Shown piece by piece: positions 15,601-30,671 of a stretch of DNA of 46,479 nucleotides (within the stretch, counting starts at the first letter, position 1; each line of letters starts with the position of its first letter). This stretch comes from Nemertoderma westbladi (taxonomy: Eukaryota; Animalia; Xenacoelomorpha), in the NCBI GenBank assembly GCA_032718475.1, contig JAUCBJ010003370.1, positions 1 through 46,479 of the forward strand, read 5' to 3'. The position numbers were made by a program, and so were the translations under genes. Below the pieces are notes generated by a model. It was not told the origin of the DNA, ran no database searches, and worked only from the letters and a program-made list of their open reading frames with translations.

Positions 15601-16240
15601 AATTGTTGTACTTTATTGTAATTGTTGTGCTTCATTGTAATTGTTGTGCTTCATTGTAATTGTTGTACTTCATTGTAATTGTTGTACTTTATTGTAATTG
15701 TTGTGCTTCATTGTAATTGTTGTGCTTCATTGTAATTGTTGTACTTCATTGTAATTGTTGTACTTTATTGTAATTGTTGTGCTTCATTGTAATTGTTGTA
15801 CTTTATTGTAATTGTTGTGCTTCATTGTAATTGTTGTACTTTATTGTAATTGTTGTGCTTCATTGTAATTGTTGTACTTTATTGTAATTGTTGTGCTTCA
15901 TTGTAATTGTTGTGCTTCATTGTAATTGTTGTACTTTATTGTAATTGTTGTGCTTCATTGTAATTGTTGTACTTTATTGTAATTGTTGTGCTTCATTGTA
16001 ATTGTTGTACTTTATTGTAATTGTTGTGCTTCATTGTAATTGTTGTACTTTATTGTAATTGTTGTGCTTCATTGTAATTGTTGTACTTTATTGTAATTGT
16101 TGTGCTTCATTGTAATTGTTGTGCTTCATTGTAATTGTTGTGCTTCATTGTAATTGTTGTGCTTCATTGTAATTGTTGTGCTTCATTGTAATTGTTGTGC
16201 TTCATTGTAATTGTTGTACTTTATTGTAATTGTTGTGCTT
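3603..16240. repeat. 6270-bp (330-unit) tandem higher-order duplication within the 19-bp satellite
   Basis: Rare variants recur at +6270: CTCGT 3711/9981, ATTGTATTTG 5621/11891, ATTGTTGCAC 6691/12961. The match breaks at 3602/9872 and 9971/16241. Confidence 0.9.
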
Positions 16241-19200
16241 CATTGTAATTGTTGTACTTTATTGTAATTGTTGTGCTTCATTGTAATTGTTGTACTTTAT
16301 TGTAATTGTTGTGCTTCATTGTAATTGTTGTACTTTATTGTAATTGTTGTGCTTCATTGTAATTGTTGTACTTTATTGTAATTGTTGTGCTTCATTGTAA
16401 TTGTTGTGCTTCATTGTAATTGTTGTACTTTATTGTAATTGTTGTGCTTCATTGTAATTGTTGTACTTTATTGTAATTGTTGTGCTTCATTGTAATTGTT
16501 GTACTTTATTGTAATTGTTGTGCTTCATTGTAATTGTTGTACTTTATTGTAATTGTTGTGCTTCATTGTAATTGTTGTACTTTATTGTAATTGTTGTGCT
16601 TCATTGTAATTGTTGTGCTTCATTGTAATTGTTGTGCTTCATTGTAATTGTTGTGCTTCATTGTAATTGTTGTACTTTATTGTAATTGTTGTGCTTCATT
16701 GTAATTGTTGTACTTTATTGTAATTGTTGTGCTTCATTGTAATTGTTGTGCTTCATTGTAATTGTTGTACTTTATTGTAATTGTTGTGCTTCATTGTAAT
16801 TGTTGTACTTTATTGTAATTGTTGTACTTTATTGTAATTGTTGTGCTTCATTGTAATTGTTGTACTTTATTGTAATTGTTGTGCTTCATTGTAATTGTTG
16901 TACTTCATTGTAATTGTTGTACTTTATTGTAATTGTTGTACTTTATTGTAATTGTTGTGCTTTATTGTAATTGTTGTACTTTATTGTAATTGTTGTGCTT
17001 CATTGTAATTGTTGTGCTTTATTGTAATTGTTGTGCTTTATTGTAATTGTTGTACTTTATTGTAATTGTTGTGCTTTATTGTAATTGTTGTGCTTCATTG
17101 TAATTGTTGTACTTTATTGTAATTGTTGTGCTTCATTGTAATTGTTGTACTTTATTGTAATTGTTGTGCTTCATTGTAATTGTTGTACTTTATTGTAATT
17201 GTTGTGCTTCATTGTAATTGTTGTACTTTATTGTAATTGTTGTGCTTCATTGTAATTGTTGTGCTTCATTGTAATTGTTGTGCTTCATTGTAATTGTTGT
17301 GCTTCATTGTAATTGTTGTGCTTCATTGTAATTGTTGTGCTTCATTGTAATTGTTGTACTTTATTGTAATTGTTGTGCTTCATTGTAATTGTTGTACTTT
17401 ATTGTAATTGTTGTGCTTCATTGTAATTGTTGTGCTTCATTGTAATTGTTGTACTTTATTGTAATTGTTGTGCTTCATTGTAATTGTTGTGCTTCATTGT
17501 AATTGTTGTACTTTATTGTAATTGTTGTGCTTCATTGTAATTGTTGTGCTTCATTGTAATTGTTGTACTTTATTGTAATTGTTGTGCTTCATTGTAATTG
17601 TTGTACTTTATTGTAATTGTTGTGCTTCATTGTAATTGTTGTGCTTCATTGTAATTGTTGTGCTTCATTGTAATTGTTGTGCTTCATTGTATTTGTTGTG
17701 CTTTATTGTAATTGTTGTACTTCATTGTAATTGTTGTGCTTCATTGTAATTGTTGTGCTTTATTGTAATTGTTGTACTTTATTGTAATTGTTGTACTTCA
17801 TTGTAATTGTTGTGCTTCATTGTAATTGTTGTGCTTTATTGTAATTGTTGTACTTTATTGTAATTGTTGTACTTCATTGTAATTGTTGTGCTTCATTGTA
17901 ATTGTTGTGCTTCATTGTAATTGTTGTGCTTCATTGTAATTGTTGTGCTTCATTGTAATTGTTGTGCTTTATTGTAATTGTTGTACTTCATTGTAATTGT
18001 TGTGCTTCATTGTATTTGTTGTGCTTTATTGTAATTGTTGTACTTTATTGTAATTGTTGTACTTCATTGTAATTGTTGTGCTTCATTGTAATTGTTGTGC
18101 TTTATTGTAATTGTTGTACTTTATTGTAATTGTTGTACTTCATTGTAATTGTTGTACTTCATTGTAATTGTTGTACTTTATTGTAATTGTTGTGCTTCAT
18201 TGTAATTGTTGTACTTTATTGTAATTGTTGTGCTTTATTGTAATTGTTGTGCTTCATTGTAATTGTTGTACTTTATTGTAATTGTTGTGCTTCATTGTAA
18301 TTGTTGTACTTTATTGTAATTGTTGTGCTTCATTGTAATTGTTGTACTTTATTGTAATTGTTGTACTTTATTGTAATTGTTGTACTTTATTGTAATTGTT
18401 GTACTTCATTGTAATTGTTGTGCTTCATTGTAATTGTTGTACTTTATTGTAATTGTTGTGCTTCATTGTAATTGTTGTACTTTATTGTAATTGTTGTGCT
18501 TCATTGTAATTGTTGTACTTTATTGTAATTGTTGTGCTTCATTGTAATTGTTGTGCTTCATTGTAATTGTTGTACTTTATTGTAATTGTTGTGCTTCATT
18601 GTAATTGTTGTGCTTCATTGTAATTGTTGTACTTTATTGTAATTGTTGTGCTTCATTGTAATTGTTGTACTTTATTGTAATTGTTGTGCTTCATTGTAAT
18701 TGTTGTGCTTCATTGTAATTGTTGTGCTTCATTGTAATTGTTGTGCTTCATTGTAATTGTTGTGCTTTATTGTAATTGTTGTACTTCATTGTAATTGTTG
18801 TGCTTCATTGTAATTGTTGTGCTTTATTGTAATTGTTGTGCTTCATTGTAATTGTTGTACTTTATTGTAATTGTTGTACTTTATTGTAATTGTTGTACTT
18901 CATTGTAATTGTTGTGCTTCATTGTAATTGTTGTGCTTTATTGTAATTGTTGTACTTTATTGTAATTGTTGTACTTCATTGTAATTGTTGTACTTCATTG
19001 TAATTGTTGTACTTTATTGTAATTGTTGTGCTTCATTGTAATTGTTGTACTTTATTGTAATTGTTGTGCTTTATTGTAATTGTTGTACTTTATTGTAATT
19101 GTTGTACTTTATTGTAATTGTTGTGCTTCATTGTAATTGTTGTACTTCATTGTAATTGTTGTACTTTATTGTAATTGTTGTACTTTATTGTAATTGTTGT

Positions 19201-22200
19201 GCTTCATTGTAATTGTTGTACTTTATTGTAATTGTTGTACTTTATTGTAATTGTTGTACTTCATTGTAATTGTTGTACTTTATTGTAATTGTTGTGCTTC
19301 ATTGTAATTGTTGTACTTTATTGTAATTGTTGTGCTTTATTGTAATTGTTGTACTTTATTGTAATTGTTGTACTTTATTGTAATTGTTGTGCTTCATTGT
19401 AATTGTTGTACTTCATTGTAATTGTTGTACTTTATTGTAATTGTTGTACTTTATTGTAATTGTTGTGCTTCATTGTAATTGTTGTACTTTATTGTAATTG
19501 TTGTACTTTATTGTAATTGTTGTGCTTTATTGTAATTGTTGTACTTTATTGTAATTGTTGTGCTTCATTGTAATTGTTGTGCTTCATTGTAATTGTTGTA
19601 CTTTATTGTAATTGTTGTACTTCATTGTAATTGTTGTACTTTATTGTAATTGTTGTACTTTATTGTAATTGTTGTACTTTATTGTAATTGTTGTACTTTA
19701 TTGTAATTGTTGTGCTTCATTGTAATTGTTGTGCTTCATTGTAATTGTTGTACTTTATTGTAATTGTTGTGCTTCATTGTAATTGTTGTGCTTCATTGTA
19801 ATTGTTGTACTTTATTGTAATTGTTGTACTTCATTGTAATTGTTGTACTTTATTGTAATTGTTGTACTTTATTGTAATTGTTGTACTTTATTGTAATTGT
19901 TGTGCTTTATTGTAATTGTTGTACTTCATTGTAATTGTTGTACTTTATTGTAATTGTTGTACTTCATTGTAATTGTTGTACTTTATTGTAATTGTTGTAC
20001 TTTATTGTAATTGTTGTACTTTATTGTAATTGTTGTGCTTTATTGTAATTGTTGTACTTCATTGTAATTGTTGTACTTTATTGTAATTGTTGTACTTTAT
20101 TGTAATTGTTGTACTTTATTGTAATTGTTGTGCTTTATTGTAATTGTTGTACTTCATTGTAATTGTTGTACTTTATTGTAATTGTTGTACTTCATTGTAA
20201 TTGTTGTACTTTATTGTAATTGTTGTACTTTATTGTAATTGTTGTGCTTTATTGTAATTGTTGTACTTTATTGTAATTCTCGTACTTTATTGTAATTGTT
20301 GTGCTTCATTGTAATTGTTGTACTTTATTGTAATTGTTGTGCTTTATTGTAATTGTTGCACTTTATTGTAATTGTTGTACTTTATTGTAATTCTCGTACT
20401 TTATTGTAATTGTTGTGCTTTATTGTAATTGTTGTACTTCATTGTAATTGTTGTGCTTCATTGTAATTGTTGTGCTTCATTGTAATTGTTGTGCTTCATT
20501 GTAATTGTTGTACTTTATTGTAATTGTTGTACTTTATTGTAATTGTTGTGCTTTATTGTAATTCTCGTACTTTATTGTAATTGTTGTACTTTATTGTAAT
20601 TGTTGTGCTTCATTGTAATTCTCGTACTTTATTGTAATTGTTGTGCTTCATTGTAATTGTTGTACTTTATTGTAATTGTCGTACTTTATTGTAATTGTTG
20701 TACTTTATTGTAATTGTTGTGCTTCATTGTAATTGTTGTACTTCATTGTAATTGTTGTGCTTCATTGTAATTGTTGTGCTTCATTGTAATTGTTGTACTT
20801 TATTGTAATTGTTGTACTTTATTGTAATTGTTGTGCTTCATTGTAATTGTTGTACTTCATTGTAATTGTTGTACTTTATTGTAATTGTTGTACTTTATTG
20901 TAATTGTTGTGCTTCATTGTAATTGTTGTGCTTCATTGTAATTGTTGTACTTTATTGTAATTGTTGTGCTTCATTGTAATTGTTGTACTTTATTGTAATT
21001 GTTGTACTTTATTGTAATTGTCGTACTTTATTGTAATTGTTGTACTTTATTGTAATTGTTGTGCTTCATTGTAATTGTTGTACTTCATTGTAATTGTTGT
21101 GCTTCATTGTAATTGTTGTGCTTCATTGTAATTGTTGTGCTTCATTGTAATTGTTGTACTTTATTGTAATTGTTGTGCTTCATTGTAATTGTTGTACTTT
21201 ATTGTAATTGTTGTACTTTATTGTAATTGTTGTGCTTCATTGTAATTGTTGTACTTTATTGTAATTGTCGTACTTTATTGTAATTGTTGTACTTTATTGT
21301 AATTGTTGTGCTTCATTGTAATTGTTGTACTTCATTGTAATTGTTGTGCTTCATTGTAATTGTTGTGCTTCATTGTAATTGTTGTACTTTATTGTAATTG
21401 TTGTACTTTATTGTAATTGTTGTACTTCATTGTAATTGTTGTACTTTATTGTAATTGTTGTACTTTATTGTAATTGTTGTGCTTCATTGTAATTGTTGTA
21501 CTTCATTGTAATTGTTGTGCTTCATTGTAATTGTTGTACTTCATTGTAATTGTTGTACTTTATTGTAATTGTTGTACTTTATTGTAATTGTTGTGCTTCA
21601 TTGTAATTGTTGTACTTCATTGTAATTGTTGTGCTTCATTGTAATTGTTGTGCTTCATTGTAATTGTTGTGCTTCATTGTAATTGTTGTACTTTATTGTA
21701 ATTGTTGTGCTTCATTGTAATTGTTGTGCTTCATTGTAATTGTTGTACTTTATTGTAATTGTTGTGCTTCATTGTAATTGTTGTACTTTATTGTAATTGT
21801 TGTACTTTATTGTAATTGTTGTACTTTATTGTAATTGTTGTGCTTCATTGTAATTGTTGTACTTCATTGTAATTGTTGTACTTTATTGTAATTGTTGTGC
21901 TTCATTGTAATTGTTGTACTTCATTGTAATTGTTGTACTTTATTGTAATTGTTGTGCTTCATTGTAATTGTTGTACTTTATTGTAATTGTTGTGCTTTAT
22001 TGTAATTGTTGTACTTTATTGTAATTGTTGTACTTTATTGTAATTGTTGTGCTTCATTGTAATTGTTGTACTTCATTGTAATTGTTGTACTTTATTGTAA
22101 TTGTTGTACTTTATTGTAATTGTCGTACTTTATTGTAATTGTTGTACTTTATTGTAATTGTTGTGCTTCATTGTAATTGTTGTACTTCATTGTAATTGTT

Positions 22201-25200
22201 GTACTTTATTGTAATTGTTGTGCTTCATTGTAATTGTTGTACTTTATTGTAATTGTTGTGCTTCATTGTAATTGTTGTGCTTCATTGTATTTGTTGTGCT
22301 TCATTGTAATTGTTGTACTTTATTGTAATTGTTGTACTTTATTGTAATTGTTGTACTTTATTGTAATTGTTGTACTTTATTGTAATTGTTGTACTTTATT
22401 GTAATTGTTGTACTTTATTGTAATTGTTGTACTTTATTGTAATTGTCGTACTTTATTGTAATTGTTGTGCTTTATTGTAATTGTTGTGCTTTATTGTAAT
22501 TGTCGTTCTTTATTGTAATTGTTGTACTTTATTGTAATTGTTGTGCTTCATTGTAATTGTTGTACTTTATTGTAATTGTTGTGCTTCATTGTAATTGTTG
22601 TGCTTCATTGTAATTGTTGTACTTTATTGTAATTGTTGTACTTCATTGTAATTGTCGTACTTTATTGTAATTGTTGTACTTTATTGTAATTGTCGTACTT
22701 TATTGTAATTGTTGTACTTTATTGTAATTGTTGTGCTTTATTGTAATTGTCGTACTTTATTGTAATTGTCGTACTTTATTGTAATTGTTGTACTTTATTG
22801 TAATTGTTGTACTTCATTGTAATTGTTGTACTTTATTGTAATTGTTGTACTTTATTGTAATTGTCGTACTTTATTGTAATTGTTGTACTTTATTGTAATT
22901 GTCGTACTTTATTGTAATTGTCGTACTTTATTGTAATTGTTGTACTTTATTGTAATTGTTGTACTTCATTGTAATTGTTGTGCTTCATTGTAATTGTTGT
23001 ACTTTATTGTAATTGTTGTGCTTCATTGTAATTGTTGTACTTTATTGTAATTGTTGTGCTTTATTGTAATTGTTGTGCTTCATTGTAATTGTTGTGCTTC
23101 ATTGTAATTGTTGTGCTTCATTGTAATTGTTGTACTTTATTGTAATTGTTGTACTTTATTGTAATTCTCGTACTTTATTGTAATTGTTGTGCTTCATTGT
23201 AATTGTTGTACTTTATTGTAATTGTTGTGCTTCATTGTAATTGTTGTACTTTATTGTAATTGTTGTGCTTTATTGTAATTGTTGTACTTTATTGTAATTG
23301 TTGTACTTTATTGTAATTCTCGTACTTTATTGTAATTGTTGTGCTTCATTGTAATTGTTGTACTTCATTGTAATTGTTGTGCTTCATTGTAATTGTTGTG
23401 CTTCATTGTAATTGTTGTGCTTCATTGTAATTGTTGTACTTTATTGTAATTGTTGTACTTCATTGTAATTGTTGTACTTTATTGTAATTGTTGTACTTTA
23501 TTGTAATTGTTGTACTTCATTGTAATTGTTGTACTTTATTGTAATTGTTGTACTTTATTGTAATTCTCGTACTTTATTGTAATTGTTGTGCTTCATTGTA
23601 ATTGTTGTACTTTATTGTAATTGTTGTACTTCATTGTAATTGTTGTACTTTATTGTAATTCTCGTACTTTATTGTAATTGTTGTGCTTTATTGTAATTGT
23701 TGTGCTTTATTGTAATTGTTGTACTTCATTGTATTTGTTGTGCTTTATTGTAATTGTTGTACTTTATTGTAATTGTCGTACTTTATTGTAATTGTTGTAC
23801 TTTATTGTAATTGTTGTACTTTATTGTAATTGTTGTACTTTATTGTAATTGTTGTACTTTATTGTAATTGTTGTACTTTATTGTAATTGTTGTACTTTAT
23901 TGTAATTGTTGTACTTTATTGTAATTGTTGTACTTTATTGTAATTGTTGTACTTTATTGTAATTGTTGTACTTTATTGTAATTGTTGTACTTTATTGTAA
24001 TTGTTGTACTTTATTGTAATTGTTGTACTTTATTGTAATTGTTGTACTTTATTGTAATTGTTGTACTTTATTGTAATTGTTGTACTTTATTGTAATTGTT
24101 GTACTTTATTGTAATTGTTGTACTTTATTGTAATTGTTGTACTTTATTGTAATTGTTGTACTTTATTGTAATTGTTGTACTTTATTGTAATTGTTGTACT
24201 TTATTGTAATTGTTGTTCTTCATTGTAATTGTTGTGCTTCATTGTAATTGTTGTGCTTCATTGTAATTGTTGTGCTTTATTGTAATTGTTGTGCTTTATT
24301 GTAATTGTTGTACTTTATTGTAATTGTTGTGCTTTATTGTAATTGTCGTACTTTATTGTAATTGTTGTGCTTTATTGTAATTGTTGTGCTTTATTGTAAT
24401 TGTTGTGCTTTATTGTAATTGTTGTACTTTATTGTAATTGTTGTGCTTTATTGTAATTGTTGTACTTTATTGTAATTGTCGTACTTTATTGTAATTGTCG
24501 TACTTTATTGAAATTGTTGTACTTTATTGTAATTGTCGTACTTTATTGTAATTGTTGTACTTTATTGTAATTGTTGTACTTTATTGTAATTGTTGTACTT
24601 TATTGTAATTGTTGTGCTTTATTGTAATTGTTGTACTTTATTGTAATTGTTGTACTTTATTGTAATTGTTGTACTTTATTGTAATTGTCGTACTTTATTG
24701 TAATTGTTGTACTTTATTGTAATTGTTGTACTTTATTGTAATTGTCGTACTTTATTGTAATTGTTGTGCTTTATTGTAATTGTTGTACTTTATTGTAATT
24801 GTTGTGCTTTATTGTAATTGTTGTACTTTATTGTAATTGTCGTACTTTATTGTAATTGTCGTACTTTATTGAAATTGTTGTACTTTATTGTAATTGTCGT
24901 ACTTTATTGTAATTGTTGTACTTTATTGTAATTGTTGTACTTTATTGTAATTGTTGTACTTTATTGTAATTGTTGTGCTTTATTGTAATTGTTGTACTTT
25001 ATTGTAATTGTTGTACTTTATTGTAATTGTTGTACTTTATTGTAATTGTCGTACTTTATTGTAATTGTTGTACTTTATTGTAATTGTCGTACTTTATTGT
25101 AATTGTTGTACTTTATTGTAATTGTTGTACTTTATTGTAATTGTTGTGCTTTATTGTAATTGTTGTACTTTATTGTAATTGTTGTACTTTATTGTAATTG

Positions 25201-28200
25201 TTGTGCTTTATTGTAATTGTTGTGCTTTATTGTAATTGTTGTACTTTATTGTATTTGTTGTGCTTTATTGTAATTGTTGTACTTTATTGTAATTGTTGTG
25301 CTTCATTGTAATTGTTGTACTTCATTGTAATTGTTGTGCTTTATTGTAATTGTTGTACTTTATTGTAATTGTCGTTCTTTATTGTAATTGTTGTACTTTA
25401 TTGTAATTGTTGTACTTTATTGTAATTGTTGTACTTTATTGTAATTGTTGTACTTTATTGTAATTGTCGTACTTTATTGTAATTGTTGTGCTTTATTGTA
25501 ATTGTTGTACTTTATTGTAATTGTTGTACTTTATTGTAATTGTTGTGCTTTATTGTAATTGTTGTACTTTATTGTAATTGTTGTGCTTCATTGTAATTGT
25601 TGTACTTTATTGTAATTGTTGTGCTTTATTGTAATTGTTGTGCTTTATTGTAATTGTTGTGCTTCATTGTAATTGTTGTACTTTATTGTAATTGTTGTGC
25701 TTTATTGTAATTGTTGTGCTTTATTGTAATTGTTGTACTTCATTGTAATTGTTGTACTTTATTGTAATTGTTGTGCTTTATTGTAATTGTTGTGCTTTAT
25801 TGTAATTGTTGTACTTCATTGTAATTGTTGTACTTTATTGTAATTGTTGTGCTTTATTGTAATTGTTGTGCTTTATTGTAATTGTTGTACTTTATTGTAT
25901 TTGTTGTGCTTTATTGTAATTGTTGTGCTTTATTGTAATTGTTGTACTTTATTGTAATTGTTGTGCTTTATTGTAATTGTTGTGCTTTATTGTAATTGTT
26001 GTACTTCATTGTAATTGTTGTACTTTATTGTAATTGTTGTGCTTTATTGTAATTGTTGTGCTTTATTGTAATTGTTGTACTTTATTGTATTTGTTGTGCT
26101 TTATTGTAATTGTTGTGCTTTATTGTAATTGTTGTACTTTATTGTAATTGTTGTACTTTATTGTAATTGTCGTACTTTATTGTAATTGTTGTGCTTTATT
26201 GTAATTGTTGTACTTTATTGTAATTGTTGTACTTTATTGTAATTGTTGTACTTCATTGTAATTGTTGTACTTTATTGTAATTGTTGTGCTTTATTGTAAT
26301 TGTTGTGCTTTATTGTAATTGTTGTACTTTATTGTATTTGTTGTGCTTTATTGTAATTGTCGTTCTTTATTGTAATTGTTGTACTTTATTGTAATTGTTG
26401 TACTTTATTGTAATTGTTGTACTTTATTGTAATTGTTGTACTTTATTGTAATTGTTGTACTTTATTGTAATTGTTGTGCTTTATTGTAATTGTTGTACTT
26501 TATTGTAATTGTTGTACTTTATTGTAATTGTTGTGCTTTATTGTAATTGTTGTACTTTATTGTAATTGTTGTGCTTCATTGTAATTGTTGTACTTTATTG
26601 TAATTGTTGTGCTTTATTGTAATTGTTGTGCTTTATTGTAATTGTTGTGCTTCATTGTAATTGTTGTACTTTATTGTAATTGTTGTGCTTTATTGTAATT
26701 GTTGTGCTTTATTGTAATTGTTGTACTTCATTGTAATTGTTGTACTTTATTGTAATTGTTGTGCTTTATTGTAATTGTTGTGCTTTATTGTAATTGTTGT
26801 ACTTTATTGTATTTGTTGTGCTTTATTGTAATTGTTGTACTTTATTGTAATTGTTGTACTTCATTGTAATTGTTGTGCTTCATTGTAATTGTTGTGCTTC
26901 ATTGTAATTGTTGTGCTTCATTGTATTTGTTGTGCTTTATTGTAATTGTTGTACTTTATTGTAATTGTTGTACTTTATTGTAATTGTTGTGCTTTATTGT
27001 AATTGTTGTACTTTATTGTATTTGTTGTGCTTTATTGTATTTGTTGTGCTTTATTGTAATTGTTGTACTTTATTGTAATTGTTGTACTTTATTGTATTTG
27101 TTGTGCTTTATTGTAATTGTTGTACTTTATTGTAATTGTTGTACTTTATTGTAATTGTTGTGCTTCATTGTAATTGTTGTGCTTCATTGTAATTGTTGTG
27201 CTTCATTGTATTTGTTGTGCTTTATTGTAATTGTTGTACTTTATTGTAATTGTTGTACTTTATTGTAATTGTTGTGCTTTATTGTAATTGTTGTACTTTA
27301 TTGTATTTGTTGTGCTTTATTGTATTTGTTGTGCTTTATTGTATTTGTTGTGCTTTATTGTAATTGTTGTACTTTATTGTATTTGTTGTGCTTTATTGTA
27401 ATTGTTGTACTTTATTGTAATTGTTGTACTTCATTGTAATTGTTGTGCTTCATTGTAATTGTTGTGCTTCATTGTAATTGTTGTGCTTTATTGTAATTGT
27501 TGTACTTTATTGTAATTGTTGTACTTTATTGTAATTGTTGTGCTTTATTGTAATTGTTGTACTTTATTGTATTTGTTGTGCTTTATTGTATTTGTTGTGC
27601 TTTATTGTATTTGTTGTGCTTTATTGTAATTGTTGTACTTTATTGTATTTGTTGTGCTTTATTGTAATTGTTGTACTTTATTGTAATTGTTGTACTTTAT
27701 TGTATTTGTTGTGCTTTATTGTATTTGTTGTGCTTTATTGTATTTGTTGTGCTTTATTGTATTTGTTGTGCTTTATTGTATTTGTTGTGCTTTATTGTAT
27801 TTGTTGTGCTTTATTGTATTTGTTGTGCTTTATTGTAATTGTTGTACTTCATTGTAATTGTTGTGCTTCATTGTAATTGTTGTGCTTCATTGTAATTGTT
27901 GTGCTTTATTGTAATTGTTGTACTTTATTGTAATTGTTGTACTTTATTGTAATTGTTGTGCTTTATTGTAATTGTTGTACTTTATTGTATTTGTTGTGCT
28001 TTATTGTATTTGTTGTGCTTTATTGTATTTGTTGTGCTTTATTGTAATTGTTGTACTTTATTGTATTTGTTGTGCTTTATTGTAATTGTTGTACTTTATT
28101 GTAATTGTTGTACTTTATTGTATTTGTTGTGCTTTATTGTATTTGTTGTGCTTTATTGTAATTGTTGTACTTTATTGTATTTGTTGTGCTTTATTGTATT

Positions 28201-30671
28201 TGTTGTGCTTTATTGTAATTGTTGTACTTTATTGTATTTGTTGTGCTTTATTGTAATTGTTGTGCTTCATTGTAATTGTTGTGCTTCATTGTATTTGTTG
28301 TGCTTTATTGTAATTGTTGTACTTTATTGTAATTGTTGTACTTCATTGTAATTGTTGTGCTTCATTGTAATTGTTGTGCTTCATTGTAATTGTTGTGCTT
28401 CATTGTATTTGTTGTGCTTTATTGTAATTGTTGTACTTTATTGTAATTGTTGTGCTTTATTGTAATTGTTGTACTTTATTGTATTTGTTGTGCTTTATTG
28501 TATTTGTTGTGCTTTATTGTAATTGTTGTACTTTATTGTATTTGTTGTGCTTTATTGTATTTGTTGTGCTTTATTGTAATTGTTGTACTTTATTGTATTT
28601 GTTGTGCTTTATTGTAATTGTTGTACTTTATTGTAATTGTTGTACTTCATTGTAATTGTTGTGCTTCATTGTAATTGTTGTGCTTCATTGTAATTGTTGT
28701 GCTTCATTGTAATTGTTGTGCTTCATTGTAATTGTTGTGCTTCATTGTAATTGTTGTGCTTCATTGTAATTGTTGTGCTTCATTGTAATTGTTGTACTTT
28801 ATTGTAATTGTTGCACTTTATTGTAATTCTCGTACTTTATTGTAATTGTTGTGCTTCATTGTAATTGTTGTACTTCATTGTAATTGTTGTGCTTCATTGT
28901 ATTTGTTGTGCTTTATTGTAATTGTTGTACTTTATTGTAATTGTTGTGCTTTATTGTAATTGTTGTACTTTATTGTATTTGTTGTGCTTTATTGTATTTG
29001 TTGTGCTTTATTGTATTTGTTGTGCTTTATTGTAATTGTTGTACTTTATTGTATTTGTTGTGCTTTATTGTAATTGTTGTACTTTATTGTAATTGTTGTA
29101 CTTCATTGTAATTGTTGTGCTTCATTGTAATTGTTGTGCTTCATTGTAATTGTTGTGCTTCATTGTATTTGTTGTGCTTTATTGTAATTGTTGTACTTTA
29201 TTGTAATTGTTGTACTTCATTGTAATTGTTGTGCTTCATTGTAATTGTTGTGCTTCATTGTAATTGTTGTGCTTCATTGTATTTGTTGTGCTTTATTGTA
29301 ATTGTTGTACTTTATTGTAATTGTTGTACTTTATTGTAATTGTTGTACTTTATTGTAATTGTTGTACTTTATTGTAATTGTTGTGCTTTATTGTAATTGT
29401 TGTACTTTATTGTATTTGTTGTGCTTTATTGTATTTGTTGTGCTTTATTGTAATTGTTGTACTTTATTGTATTTGTTGTGCTTTATTGTAATTGTTGTAC
29501 TTTATTGTAATTGTTGTACTTCATTGTAATTGTTGTGCTTCATTGTAATTGTTGTGCTTCATTGTAATTGTTGTGCTTCATTGTATTTGTTGTGCTTTAT
29601 TGTAATTGTTGTACTTTATTGTAATTGTTGTACTTTATTGTAATTGTTGTGCTTTATTGTAATTGTTGTACTTTATTGTATTTGTTGTGCTTTATTGTAT
29701 TTGTTGTGCTTTATTGTAATTGTTGTACTTTATTGTAATTGTTGTGCTTTATTGTAATTGTTGTACTTTATTGTATTTGTTGTGCTTTATTGTAATTGTT
29801 GTACTTTATTGTAATTGTTGTGCTTTATTGTAATTGTTGTGCTTTATTGTAATTGTTGTACTTTATTGTATTTGTTGTGCTTTATTGTAATTGTTGTACT
29901 TTATTGTAATTGTTGTGCTTCATTGTAATTGTTGTACTTCATTGTAATTGTTGTACTTTATTGTAATTGTTGTACTTTATTGTAATTGTTGTACTTTATT
30001 GTAATTGTTGTACTTTATTGTAATTGTTGTACTTTATTGTAATTGTTGTACTTTATTGTAATTGTTGTACTTTATTGTAATTGTTGTACTTTATTGTAAT
30101 TGTTGTACTTTATTGTAATTGTTGTACTTTATTGTAATTGTTGTACTTTATTGTAATTGTTGTACTTTATTGTAATTGTTGTACTTTATTGTAATTGTTG
30201 TGCTTTATTGTAATTGTTGTACTTTATTGTAATTGTTGTACTTTATTGTAATTGTTGTACTTTATTGTAATTGTTGTACTTTATTGTAATTGTTGTACTT
30301 TATTGTAATTGTCGTACTTTATTGTAATTGTTGTACTTTATTGTAATTGTTGTACTTTATTGTAATTGTTGTGCTTTATTGTAATTCTCGTACTTTATTG
30401 TAATTGTTGTGCTTTATTGTAATTGTTGTGCTTTATTGTAATTGTTGTGCTTTATTGTAATTGTTGTGCTTTATTGTAATTCTCGTACTTTATTGTAATT
30501 GTTGTGCTTTATTGTAATTGTTGTACTTTATTGTAATTGTTGTGCTTTATTGTAATTCTCGTACTTTATTGTAATTGTTGTGCTTTATTGTAATTGTTGT
30601 GCTTTATTGTAATTGTTGTGCTTTATTGTAATTCTCGTACTTTATTGTAATTGTTGTGCTTTATTGTAATT

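Noticed and set aside
27535-28655. Three Cys-rich hydrophobic ORFs
   Set aside because: They are translations of the satellite (19-aa period = 3 units) and start at TTG. They are open only where the TAATT-to-TATTT variant removes TAA in every third unit.
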